Source: Betaproteobacteria bacterium HGW-Betaproteobacteria-12 (GTDB lineage Bacteria > Pseudomonadota > Gammaproteobacteria > Burkholderiales > Rhodocyclaceae). Taken from it: a DNA stretch of 64,000 bases. The translations under genes and the position numbers were made by a program. The stretch lies in NCBI GenBank assembly GCA_002842345.1, contig PHCU01000018.1, positions 2,404-66,403 of the forward strand, read 5' to 3'. Of this stretch, positions 50,021 to 59,870 are shown one piece after another (within the stretch, counting starts at the first letter, position 1; every line of letters starts with the position of its first letter). Under the pieces are notes generated by a model. The model was not told where the DNA came from, made no database searches, and worked only from the letters and a program-made list of their open reading frames with translations.

Positions 50021-52810
50021 CTAGAGGGTCATCGGCGTGGCGCCGATGTAGCGCTTCACATTGACGCGCACATCGCGGTTGGTTCCGCCGGGGCCGTAGT
50101 AATTGGGGCGGAACACGAGATGCCCGTAATTGCCGACCAGATGTGTCGGCGTGATGCGCACCGGGCAAACGCTTTGCGATCCGCCTTCGATGAGATCCGT
50201 GTACAGCTCGGGGGTGTGCCACATGGACACCCGCCCACGCTGCTCGCCACTGCGAACCTTGACCCGGCAGATCACCTTGCCATGATCGTTCCAGACCTCG
50301 ACCCAGTCGTTGTCCTTGATACCAAGCGCTTTTGCATCGACAGTAGAGATGTCAATCGACGGCCCGCCGCGTTGCAGACGGAGCATCAGGATGTTGTCCT
50401 TCCACGTCGAGTGAATCGCGTGACGACTGTGCGGTGTATTGAAGCGGAACGGGTACTTGTCAGCGTCTATCGGCGCCTTGAAAGTCGGCAGTTCAACGCC
50501 CATCTCGAAAAAAGTCGGGTGGTCAAGGTAGAACTGCTGGCGTCCGGTCAATGTGGGCCACGGCTTTTTGTCGACCACGAAGTTCTGGAACGGCGTGTAG
50601 GGCACCCCCTCTTTCATGGCCGATGTCCAATTCGCCTTGAAGCGCTGCGGCTTCTCGCGCAACATGTCCAGCGTAATGCCCTTGGAATGAGGGGCGTTAT
50701 CCAAGATGTACTGGGCGGCAGCCGCATCCTCGGCCAGCTTTCCGTCCATCGTCATCTGATTCCACAGATTTGAAAGGTCGCGCACCCACTTGAACTGCTC
50801 ATCGTTGAACTTGGTGTAGTTCTTCCGGACTGCGGCCATTTCGACGCGCTTCGACAAGGCCAGGAAAATTTGCCAATCGGTCTTGGACTCCCACATCGGC
50901 TTGATTGCCGGCTCGGTCATGTTGATATAGGTATGCTCTCCGGTCACGTTCAGATCGAGTTTTTCATACCAGTGCGCCGAAGGAAGCACGACGTCCGAGT
51001 AAAGCGCCGTCGAATCCATACGGATATTGACGTTCACGATCAGTTCCAACTTTGGCCATAGATTACGCAGAACGTACTTCTGACCTTTGGCTTGATTCAG
51101 ATAGTTGCCGCGATAGACGAAGAAAACCTTCGGATCGCGACCTTCACGAGGCAGATTGGGCATCTGACCGGAACTGATAGCCTCACGCAGATACTTTTCG
51201 GTATCGATATCGGCCTTGATGATTTCGTCATTTACCTCAGCGTGAATGTAGGTCCAGATGGTGGTCTGACAGAAACGCTGCTTGCCAGCCCCCTCAGGGA
51301 AAGCCAGTGCGGCAAGGCCCGGGAGGAAAGTGGGTTTCCACTGGCCAATGTAGTGGTTCATCCCGCCGCCATTTTTCCCTTCGCTGCCGGTCAGCGCCGT
51401 CAACAGATGCATGGCGCGCAACAGCACATCGCTGTAATACCAGTGCTGCGTGCCGCCGCCGCAAATGATCATCGAAGGCTTGGCGTTGGCGTATTCCCGC
51501 GCCAGCTCAACAATGGCCTTGGCCGGTACACCGGTGATTTTTGCGGCTTTTTCCGGCGTGTTGTCTGCCAAAATACGTGACTTGAGAATTTCGAAAACGG
51601 GCCTGATTTCAACACTCTTGCCGTCCAACAACTGGATCTTGAAGTTCCCCTCAAGCGCCGGATCAAGATCGCCCAGATCGATATAGCCTTTCGGGAAGGT
51701 GTTGGTATTGCGCCCCATGAAAGCGACGGGCGGCGCTTTCTGCTCCGGCTGGTCGCCCCAGCATCCCTTCGGGATCACCGGCATGCCGGTTTTCGCGTTC
51801 CAGAAATAGAACTTGTCCTTGGAGCCTCCGGCGACGACGTCCGCTTCACGCAGGAAGCGCTTGGTATCACTGCGCACCAGATAGGAAAGATCCGTCTGCT
51901 CCTTCAGGTTATGTGCGTCATAAAGCTTTTCCTTGATGATGACATGCGCCATCGCCAAGGCCAATGCGCCATCGGTCCCTGGCTGCGGATGAATCCACTT
52001 GTCGACCTTGATTGCCGACGAGTTGAAGTCCGGCGCAATACTGACAATCTTCGTGCCGTTGAGTTGTGCCTCGGAAAGGAAGTGCGCATCCGGAATTCGC
52101 GTCTGGGTGGGATTCGATCCCCAGAGAATGATGTATCTGGAGTTAAACCAGTCGGCCGTTTCCGCGGTATCGCCCTGAACACCACACGTCTGGGTCTGGC
52201 CAGTCGGATGATCACCGTACCAGTCGAAGAAAGTATGGGTGTGGGCGCCTATGTAGTGGGCAAAGCGGTGGCCTGCCGAAAACGACACAGGCGATACCGC
52301 CGGTACCGGCGAGAAAACGCTGATGCAATCCGGTGCATGGTTCTTGATGGTATCGACGCACTTGTCGGCAATCATGTCGAGCGCCTCTTCCCAGCTCGCG
52401 CGCCGCCACTTTCCTTCGCCGCGTTCGCCGACGCGGATCAAAGGGTATTTGATACGATGCGGCCCATACATGTAGTCGTGACCACACTCTCCCTTGTTGC
52501 ATCCGCGCGGGTTGTACTCGGGAATGTTAGGCATGGGAGCTATATCTTTTGACTGCTCCTCGCGCATGACCACGCCGTCCTTGCTATAGACGAAATGCGG
52601 GCAGGCGCCAGTGCAGTTGACGAGGTGAGCGCCGCGCGTTTTTTTGTCCCAGGACCATTGGGTGCGATGGAAGTTTTCCCATCCTGAATATTCGAAAGCC
52701 CCACTAAGATCTGTAGCCGCAGCTAAGGTTCTTAAACTTAGAGAACTTCCCAAGAGCGTAGCGCCAGAGGCTAGCAAGAAGCCTCTACGAGTCATTTGAA
52801 CCATTGTCAT
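50021..52810 (-). CDS. pcrA: Perchlorate reductase alpha (Mo-bisPGD) subunit
   Basis: Tat signal TRRGFL; FS0 motif HLVNCTGAC..GC; Mo-ligand DWYGD; GQWKP; linked to cld. Confidence 0.95.
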   Translation of the reverse strand: MTMVQMTRRGFLLASGATLLGSSLSLRTLAAATDLSGAFEYSGWENFHRTQWSWDKKTRGAHLVNCTGACPHFVYSKDGVVMREEQSKDIAPMPNIPEYNPRGCNKGECGHDYMYGPHRIKYPLIRVGERGEGKWRRASWEEALDMIADKCVDTIKNHAPDCISVFSPVPAVSPVSFSAGHRFAHYIGAHTHTFFDWYGDHPTGQTQTCGVQGDTAETADWFNSRYIILWGSNPTQTRIPDAHFLSEAQLNGTKIVSIAPDFNSSAIKVDKWIHPQPGTDGALALAMAHVIIKEKLYDAHNLKEQTDLSYLVRSDTKRFLREADVVAGGSKDKFYFWNAKTGMPVIPKGCWGDQPEQKAPPVAFMGRNTNTFPKGYIDLGDLDPALEGNFKIQLLDGKSVEIRPVFEILKSRILADNTPEKAAKITGVPAKAIVELAREYANAKPSMIICGGGTQHWYYSDVLLRAMHLLTALTGSEGKNGGGMNHYIGQWKPTFLPGLAALAFPEGAGKQRFCQTTIWTYIHAEVNDEIIKADIDTEKYLREAISSGQMPNLPREGRDPKVFFVYRGNYLNQAKGQKYVLRNLWPKLELIVNVNIRMDSTALYSDVVLPSAHWYEKLDLNVTGEHTYINMTEPAIKPMWESKTDWQIFLALSKRVEMAAVRKNYTKFNDEQFKWVRDLSNLWNQMTMDGKLAEDAAAAQYILDNAPHSKGITLDMLREKPQRFKANWTSAMKEGVPYTPFQNFVVDKKPWPTLTGRQQFYLDHPTFFEMGVELPTFKAPIDADKYPFRFNTPHSRHAIHSTWKDNILMLRLQRGGPSIDISTVDAKALGIKDNDWVEVWNDHGKVICRVKVRSGEQRGRVSMWHTPELYTDLIEGGSQSVCPVRITPTHLVGNYGHLVFRPNYYGPGGTNRDVRVNVKRYIGATPMTL

Positions 52811-52918
52811 CTCCTTATCTACTGTTTGACCGAGTGCCGAAACCGTACTTCGCTTGCGCGGCGCTCAGAAACCCCCTGAGATTTGGAATACGGTCGTATG
52901 CAACTTCGAAGGGATAAC

Positions 52919-52934
52919 AGCAATGAGCATGCCA
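52919..52934 (-). promoter_or_regulatory. Sigma-54 promoter of pcrA
   Basis: Minus strand TGGCAT-GCTCA-TTGCT. Confidence 0.82.
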
Positions 52935-52986
52935 ATGGTTGGCAGCTCGAAGATCAGGTCAAAACCCCTATTTAAATTGGGGTTTA

Positions 52987-53000
52987 TTGACCTAGGTCAA
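52987..53000. promoter_or_regulatory. FNR/Crp-family palindrome upstream of pcrA
   Basis: Perfect palindrome TTGAC-CTAG-GTCAA. Confidence 0.6.
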
Positions 53001-53044
53001 CAAAACCTCTGAGTGGGTATCAAGTTCCAAAAAATCAGGGGGAT

Positions 53045-53091
53045 TCATTTCGTTCAATTTAACGAAATGAGATTTAACGTTTCGTTAAATC
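53045..53091. promoter_or_regulatory. Tandem inverted repeats, candidate PcrR enhancer (UAS)
   Basis: TCATTTCGTT-N6-AACGAAATGA and GATTTAACG-TTT-CGTTAAATC, about 110-160 bp upstream of the sigma-54 site. Confidence 0.55.
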
Positions 53092-53121
53092 CCTTGCCTG
53101 CCTGAGCACCCGTTGAAAATG

Positions 53122-53821
53122 TGCTCTTCGTCATTTGAGGGCGGTATAAATAGATGGCTGGTATCCATGAAACCTAGTGCCCAACTGGGTTCTATGCCAT
53201 CGAGATGCTTACCCCATTAGCCGCCATCATCTTCGACCGATTCCAGGTCATGCAGATGTTCAGCAAGGTGATCCGCGATTGTCGGCGGACGCAGTCAAGG
53301 AGGGGAAAATCTCTATGATCTGACCGGTCTGCAGACCATAAAGAGGGGGACCTGTGGCTGGCGCTCGTCAATCGCCGCACGCACAAGAACTCCGACCAGA
53401 CCAAGCTTGACCAGTTGCCAATCCAGAACCAGCCGCTCCCGGCGCTCTACACCCTCAAAGAGCAGTTGCTGCTCCTGCGGCATCAACCCACCTCTTCCGC
53501 TGACATGGCCGCCCACCTTGAGGACTGGCCTAGCCACGGCCGCCAAAATCACCGGCTTGGCGAAATTCGTGAAGACTTTGTAGTCGCACCGCGACGGCAT
53601 TTGCGCCTACGCCGACCACCCGATTACGACGGCCAGGCGTGAGGCCGGCGACGTCTCTATTGCCCTGTAGCGACGTCGGGCACGGGGCTCGTAACACCGA
53701 CTACCTCAAACTCAAGATTTACCAACTCAACACCCCGGGTGCGCTGTCGTTTCGGTATGCCAATGTCCCGGCGCCGGTTTCACAAAGCCGGATTCTTCCC
53801 GTGTGAAAGCGATGAAGAGCC
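53122..53821 (+). mobile_element. Degenerate, internally deleted ISL3-family IS
   Basis: Ends TGCTCTTCGTC.. and ..GATGAAGAGCC; near-identical 8-bp flanks TGAAAATG/TGAAAATA; transposase fragments IIFDRFQVMQ and YLKLKIYQL. Confidence 0.8.
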
Positions 53822-53866
53822 TGAAAATATCCAAACACTAGAAAGTCTTCGGAATATGCAACTCAC

Positions 53867-55273
53867 TCAATTGCCGCTAGTACGATCGGGAGGGCTGAGA
53901 TTAAATTCATGAATACGTCGCTCAAGCTTAGGTCGAGAAATGTCAAGAATTTCACAGGCTTGACCTTTATGCCAACCGGTTCTTTCCAGTACGCGCACGA
54001 TATGATTTTTTTCCATTTCCCGAAGGGAAAGAAGGTTTTTCGGCACGGAAGTATCGATCTCCGATGCTGATGTGGGCATTCGTGAGCACTTTATTTCCGG
54101 CGGAAGGCGGTCAATGGTGAGAGTGTCGCCGCGTTCCATTACCGCTGCTTTCATGAGCACATTGTCAAGTTGCCGAACATTGCCAGGCCATGCAAAGGCG
54201 TTGAGGCAAGCCATGGCTTCACCAGACACTCTACGTATGTTTTTACGTAGATCACGATTGATCTTCCGAAGTAGGAAATCGATCAATCTTGGCATGTCTC
54301 CTTGTCGCTCTCGCAACGGTGGTAGGTTGATGGAAGCAACGTTGAGGCGGTAAAAAAGATCTTCGCGAAACTCACCTGAGGCAATCCTTGCTTGCAAGTC
54401 TACGTTTGTTGCCGCTATGAATCTGGCTTTGCTTTTTTTAACTTGTGCACTGCCTACCGGACTGTATTCCCGTGCCTCCAGGATACGCAGTAGTTTGCCT
54501 TGAATAAGGGGGGTCAATTCGGCGACCTCATCCAGGAACAACGTCCCCTCTCCTACTTGCTCGACTTTTCCCTTATGCGCATTGACGGCGCCAGTGAAAG
54601 CACCTCGCTCATGGCCGAACAGTTCACTCTCAAGGAGGGAGTCAACCAAAGCTGCACAGTTGACTGCAATAAAAGGCATATCTCTTTCGGCACTTGCATT
54701 GTGTATTGCTCTGGCAACCAACTCTTTCCCCGTGCCGGACTCCCCGAGAATTAAAGCGGTCACCCTGCTCTGCGCCACAAGAGCGATACTCTTGAAGACC
54801 TCCTTCATGGCAAATGATTGACCCACAATTTGTGTTGGGGTTACATCGGTCGCTCCAATGATCAGCGGCTCACCAGTCACATGATCTGAACGACTGGAAG
54901 CAAAGAGCGCTCGACTAACCGCTGCGTCCAATTCAGGCAGATCGATCGGCTTTGGAACGTAGTCCATAGCCCCGCATTGCATCGCCGCCACAGTCATCTC
55001 CATATCATGGAACGCTGTAATCATGATGATCGGTAGTTCTGGCTTTTCTGCTTTGACCTCTCGCAAAAGGTCAAGGCCTCCCTTTGCCGGCAGGCGAATG
55101 TCCGAAATGATGGCATCAATATTGCTGGATAGGGCGATAGTAATCCCTGCTTCCGCAGTATTTGCCAGCGACACTTGAAAAGCGTTTTTTTGGAAATGAG
55201 ATTTCAGTGTCTGGCATATCGCCAAGTCATCATCGACAATAAGTATGTGTATCAATTCACGATCTCCCGCCAT
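53867..55273 (-). CDS. pcrR: Sigma-54-dependent response regulator PcrR
   Basis: Receiver domain, GESGTGKE, ELFGHERGAFTGA, WPGNVRQL, Fis-type HTH; island position. Confidence 0.85.
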   Translation of the reverse strand: MAGDRELIHILIVDDDLAICQTLKSHFQKNAFQVSLANTAEAGITIALSSNIDAIISDIRLPAKGGLDLLREVKAEKPELPIIMITAFHDMEMTVAAMQCGAMDYVPKPIDLPELDAAVSRALFASSRSDHVTGEPLIIGATDVTPTQIVGQSFAMKEVFKSIALVAQSRVTALILGESGTGKELVARAIHNASAERDMPFIAVNCAALVDSLLESELFGHERGAFTGAVNAHKGKVEQVGEGTLFLDEVAELTPLIQGKLLRILEAREYSPVGSAQVKKSKARFIAATNVDLQARIASGEFREDLFYRLNVASINLPPLRERQGDMPRLIDFLLRKINRDLRKNIRRVSGEAMACLNAFAWPGNVRQLDNVLMKAAVMERGDTLTIDRLPPEIKCSRMPTSASEIDTSVPKNLLSLREMEKNHIVRVLERTGWHKGQACEILDISRPKLERRIHEFNLSPPDRTSGN

Positions 55274-55374
55274 TTTTGCTCCAGAACATCCTCCGAACCC
55301 CTAAGCGAACGCCCCTCGGGATGGACAGTTGCTCGAACCGCTGGATGAGTAGAACTAACTTTCTGTGAGCTAGA

Positions 55375-55388
55375 TTGATGAATCTCAA
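55375..55388. promoter_or_regulatory. FNR-like box between divergent pcrR and pcrS
   Basis: TTGAT-GAAT-CTCAA, 9/10 match to TTGAT-N4-ATCAA. Confidence 0.55.
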
Positions 55389-55412
55389 TTTTCTGATGCG
55401 GCCTTCCTCGCC

Positions 55413-57284
55413 ATGAGTATTGCAAAAAAACTTCTTTTGATCACGCTACTGGTCACCGGACTCTCTGTGGTTATCACTATTGCTCTGACCTGGAGCGCCG
55501 CAACTGATGCGCTTCACGGATTAGAGGGTAAGCGCGTAATTGATAGCGTGGAGCGGGAGGCAAGAATACTCCAGAGCACCATCGACATGGTGAAGAGCGA
55601 TCTATCCATGCTCGCCGATGGAGGTGCGCGATACATGATTGAGGAAAACACCGAGCCTAGTGTTGACGGCCTTCAAAAAGTTGCTGACCAACTCGACATC
55701 ATGATGCGGGAACGGCATGCCTATCGACAGGTGAAGATGCTATTGGACTCTGCCACTGGAACGCATCGCGTACTGGTCAGTTTGCGGAACGATAACGTAG
55801 TTCACACCATGGTGGATCCGCCAGTTGCAAATTGGAATTTTGAGTCATTATTGGCAGAAAAGCAGGGGCTAAGAAATTTCAACGAACAAACCAGAAACCT
55901 GACCGATGAAACAAGTGGAGAAAAGGTGTTGTTTGTCAGCATCCCAGTTCGCGGCAAGGACCGCAATGTAATCGGTGCAATCGCTGTGGTTGTTGCTATC
56001 GATCAAGTGTTTAGAACATTAGGTAAAACCCATGATGGCATTGCGTACTGGATTGCCGATAGTGCCGGTCAATACCTTTACCAGTCCCGTCCGGAGGCGT
56101 CGGGTAGCTATACTCAAAAGGCTGCCAATGCAATCCGCGATTTCAAGTTGAGTCACTCCTGGGATCAAGTTTTGTCTGGGGCTCAGCCTCAACTAATTAT
56201 GGAGTTTCCCGCGATCGCAACGATGTTGGGTATTCGTCGTGCGACTTTGAATGTTGGTGAAGGGAATGAAATTGAGAATGTATTGGTGGTAGGAGGGGTG
56301 ATATCTCTAGTTGAACTGGAGATCAAAGCCGCTGCGCTTCAAAGGCAACTTGCTATTGCGGTTGCGAGCATCGGACTCCTGATGGTATTGACGCTGTTCG
56401 TGTCTACAGGCCGACTCCTGAGGCCCATTGATGTTCTAACCAAGGCGGCTAACCGCATTGCCTCAGGTGACCAAAATATTGTGATCCCGACGAACAACAA
56501 TGATGAAATCGGGACGCTCAGTCGGGCAATGATGCGGATGGCCGAACAATTGCGCCTAGCCGGAAAACACTCCGAGCAAAGCGCCATGGGACAGATGGCC
56601 TCAATGATTGCTCATGACCTACGTAACGCGCTGTCATCGGTAAAAATGAATCTGCAGATACTCGACGAACACCATCGCAAGGAGGGAGATATGCAAATAG
56701 AGAATTGCGAGATCGCCCTCGGGCAGGTTCGTTACATGGAGACAATTCTGAATGACATGCTGACTTATGCGCGCCCAGGTACTGCAGAATTCGACTGGGT
56801 AGATCTGGGCGATACGCTCAGGGCAGCGTCGGTATCCCTGTTGCCAGAAATAACGCGGAAATCCGTAGAGGTCCGTATGGAAGGGGAAGAAAAACTGCCC
56901 ACGATCATGGCTGACCGAAATAAATTATTACAGCTGTTTCAGAATGTACTCGGGAACGCTATTTATGCCGTACCTGAGTGGGGGCTCATAACAATTCGGA
57001 CTCGCTGCCTCCTACATGAATCACAGCCATCTGTAGAAATACGCTTTGAAGATGATGGTCCGGGTATTTCCCCCCAAATTGCTGACAAGGTATTTGATCC
57101 TTTCTTCACAACTAGCGCCAGAGGAACCGGATTGGGACTGGCAATAGTGCAGCGTATCGTCGCTCAACACGGAGGGCAGGTATATCTGGATTCGGAACGA
57201 GACCACGGAACTACAGTTGTTGTCGTTCTCCCGCTAACCCAAGAAGGGCCGGATGACTCACCCGAAAGTGCAGAACTTAGCTAA
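55413..57284 (+). CDS. pcrS: HAMP sensor histidine kinase PcrS
   Basis: Two TMs, HAMP DEIGTL, IAHDLRNAL, FDPFFTT..GTGLGL. Confidence 0.85.
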   Translation: MSIAKKLLLITLLVTGLSVVITIALTWSAATDALHGLEGKRVIDSVEREARILQSTIDMVKSDLSMLADGGARYMIEENTEPSVDGLQKVADQLDIMMRERHAYRQVKMLLDSATGTHRVLVSLRNDNVVHTMVDPPVANWNFESLLAEKQGLRNFNEQTRNLTDETSGEKVLFVSIPVRGKDRNVIGAIAVVVAIDQVFRTLGKTHDGIAYWIADSAGQYLYQSRPEASGSYTQKAANAIRDFKLSHSWDQVLSGAQPQLIMEFPAIATMLGIRRATLNVGEGNEIENVLVVGGVISLVELEIKAAALQRQLAIAVASIGLLMVLTLFVSTGRLLRPIDVLTKAANRIASGDQNIVIPTNNNDEIGTLSRAMMRMAEQLRLAGKHSEQSAMGQMASMIAHDLRNALSSVKMNLQILDEHHRKEGDMQIENCEIALGQVRYMETILNDMLTYARPGTAEFDWVDLGDTLRAASVSLLPEITRKSVEVRMEGEEKLPTIMADRNKLLQLFQNVLGNAIYAVPEWGLITIRTRCLLHESQPSVEIRFEDDGPGISPQIADKVFDPFFTTSARGTGLGLAIVQRIVAQHGGQVYLDSERDHGTTVVVVLPLTQEGPDDSPESAELS

Positions 57285-57324
57285 TTTCACCACCTTGGGC
57301 GACATGGGTTGTTGACTTATCCAA

Positions 57325-59340
57325 TTACAGGAGAATAGGTATTTGGTTAGTTTCTTCCCGATCGCGCAGTTTGCGTATCAGCACTAGCACGCACGATCTA
57401 CCTGATACTTCAGCCATTCGCATACTAATCTGAACGTAAAAGAGATGTCCGTCCTTGTGCTTGGCCATCCATTCGAAAACGGGTGATTCTCCTTGATTAA
57501 CCCGCTCAAGCCATTTGGAAAGCACGTCTCGCGTAAATGGAGTCGTGTCTGAACTTAAATCGACAATGGTGAGGTGCCTAATTTCTTGACGACCATAGCC
57601 GAACATTTCAGTAACCTTGACATTGCCTTCCAGGATCATGCCATTGCTGAAGTCGTGGAGAACGATTCCATCGTTCACTCCATCGAAGATGGCCCGAAAA
57701 CGAGACTCTCCTGCTCTAATTTCTCGCTCCTGGAAATTTCTTTCGGTGATGTCGCGCGCTATGCCAAAGACACCGATTACCCTTCCTTCCTGGTCGCGCA
57801 ATGGACCTCGGGTTGTAAGAAAAGTACGACGACCTCCTGTTGTCGGCAATGATTCCTCGGCACTCTCGATGAGCCCGTTTTGCATGGTTTTCTGATCGTC
57901 GCTCCTGATTCTTTGAGCATCTTCGGAGGGGAAGACTTCGCGATCATCTCGCCCCAATAATTCTTGGCGACTCTTACCCAGAAAACGGCAAAGCTCACGA
58001 TTAAGTAAGAGATAGCGCCCATCGAAATCTTTTGCATATATCGCATCACTTGAGCCTTCGGCAATCGCTTCAAGCAACTGCAAAGCTTGAAGTTTTTCCA
58101 CCTGATCCTTACGCTGGATTGCAGCGTGTCGAAGTTCGTCACGCTGACGTATGAAAATAGTGGCTACTGCGGCTACGATTAATGCCAAGATGTCAGCCAA
58201 GGCAATCCAGCCGGCATCGCGCTTTGCCCCGGCATAGAGTTCGCCTTTATCGAGTTTTGCAACGAGAAACCATGGGGTTCCGGGAATGGCTTTCACAACG
58301 CCCAATACAGGAATGTCTCGGTAGTCCATACCTTCAACTGCCTGATCTGGAAGTGCATCTCCGCGAAGAACTTGAGATGCCAGCAAATTTTTTTCATCCA
58401 CGGGAACCTGCAAGCGCACAGATGTATCCGAACGGTGTCGCAACTCATTCAGAAACAAAACGTTGTTACCCTCACGGCGAAATAACAGCGTTTCAGCAGT
58501 CGCACTTGGTATGGGCCAGGACTGGATAAATGGAAATAAAAACCGATTGGGGTCGGTACGTATCACCACCGTCAGTTCTTGTTTAATGCTCCCCGAGCGT
58601 AACGGCACCACGAAATCCAGATGCACTCGCCCCAGTTTTCCTTCTTCGTCTCGATAGATGTCCGTATTCAACAACTGTCCTGTCGTGTGTGCTTCTTTCA
58701 CTGCTGCCTGCACAGCAGGAAGTTTGGTCAATATTTCTGAATTTGCACTAGTCGAGTATTGATCACCATCGATCCCGAGCAAAACAACCTCAATATAATC
58801 TTTAGATGTCTTATAAGCGTGGAGCCGCTCTATAAGACGGCGTCGGGCTAAAGTTGACTCGGACTGTCTCAAATCCAGATACAAATTGACCAGAGAATCA
58901 TCGCTGAGAATCATTTTGGCGTCAGCATCACGTTCCGTAAGCCAAGCTAAAATTTGCCCCACCTTGAGATCGGCAATAGCTTGCAGACGTTCAATCTCAC
59001 TATTCCTTTGTTTGGTAGTCATTTGAGCCACTAGCACAAAACCCGCGAGCAAAATTACTCCGGCCAAGACCGCAAAAACAAGAACTAGCGAGCCTGTTCC
59101 TGGCTCATTGATGCCATTCCAAGAGGCTCGATTTTCAATACGCACTCGTGGCTTTGAAATCAAATAAATAGTGCACGCGGTGGCAAAAATAAACGCAACA
59201 CCTTTCCAAGTGCCTATCCATGAGAAAACAAGCAAATCCGGAGTCATTGCGAGAAGGACTTGATCTGAAAAGATAGTCCAACTGATTCCAATCAGGGCAT
59301 ATATTCCGGCAATTTGCAGAGCGGGCCGATCTATTTTCAT
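57325..59340 (-). CDS. pcrP: Membrane PAS-domain sensor without output domain, PcrP
   Basis: TMs, Cache-like region (DYRDIPVLG), two PAS domains (IYAKDFDGRY, GIARDITER, FRAIFDGVNDG); no kinase or GGDEF tail. Confidence 0.8.
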   Translation of the reverse strand: MKIDRPALQIAGIYALIGISWTIFSDQVLLAMTPDLLVFSWIGTWKGVAFIFATACTIYLISKPRVRIENRASWNGINEPGTGSLVLVFAVLAGVILLAGFVLVAQMTTKQRNSEIERLQAIADLKVGQILAWLTERDADAKMILSDDSLVNLYLDLRQSESTLARRRLIERLHAYKTSKDYIEVVLLGIDGDQYSTSANSEILTKLPAVQAAVKEAHTTGQLLNTDIYRDEEGKLGRVHLDFVVPLRSGSIKQELTVVIRTDPNRFLFPFIQSWPIPSATAETLLFRREGNNVLFLNELRHRSDTSVRLQVPVDEKNLLASQVLRGDALPDQAVEGMDYRDIPVLGVVKAIPGTPWFLVAKLDKGELYAGAKRDAGWIALADILALIVAAVATIFIRQRDELRHAAIQRKDQVEKLQALQLLEAIAEGSSDAIYAKDFDGRYLLLNRELCRFLGKSRQELLGRDDREVFPSEDAQRIRSDDQKTMQNGLIESAEESLPTTGGRRTFLTTRGPLRDQEGRVIGVFGIARDITERNFQEREIRAGESRFRAIFDGVNDGIVLHDFSNGMILEGNVKVTEMFGYGRQEIRHLTIVDLSSDTTPFTRDVLSKWLERVNQGESPVFEWMAKHKDGHLFYVQISMRMAEVSGRSCVLVLIRKLRDREETNQIPILL

Positions 59341-59420
59341 ATTCTATTTTCTGTGTTCAATCAAAACCGAACATAGAATGGAATTTTGGCTTCACAAGTT
59401 AAATTCATGCTAGCCGCACC

Positions 59421-59792
59421 TCAGACCAAAAAATAACCTGCATCCGCCGGAGAAACAACCGAAAGAATTTGAAGTGGCTCGTTGGTGTTATTGAGGACAC
59501 CGTGCACTTGCCCTAAGTGCGCCACCACAATCTGTCCACGGGATATTGGCGCGGTCGTTTTTCCCTCGTCGAATGAATATTCTCCGCTACCAGAAATAAC
59601 AATCCATGTGTCCTGTCCGTCAGGATGAACGTGAGGTCGAATGCGCTGCCCCGGAAGCAGGTGCCACATAACAACGACAGCATCGGCGGATTCGGTAATG
59701 ATCGATCGCTTAGGTTCTTCATCCATCGTGGGTTGCACAAAATCAGAAGATTGAAAGATGCGTTTAAGGGGCACGTTAGATTCCTTTAACAA
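59421..59792 (-). CDS. Cupin-domain protein
   Basis: PHVHPDGQDTW..G.G, VHGVLN; start codon uncertain. Confidence 0.85.
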   Translation of the reverse strand: MLKESNVPLKRIFQSSDFVQPTMDEEPKRSIITESADAVVVMWHLLPGQRIRPHVHPDGQDTWIVISGSGEYSFDEGKTTAPISRGQIVVAHLGQVHGVLNNTNEPLQILSVVSPADAGYFLV

Positions 59793-59870
59793 AGTAGCAA
59801 ATTTTGAAGGGTATCGTCGGACGGTAACGTAAGTGTCACATTTAAATCGGTATCCATTGTTTCAAAAAGG

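Noticed and set aside
53192-53642. Short ORFs between pcrA and pcrR as novel genes
   Set aside because: Explained as fragments and antisense frames of the decayed ISL3 transposase.
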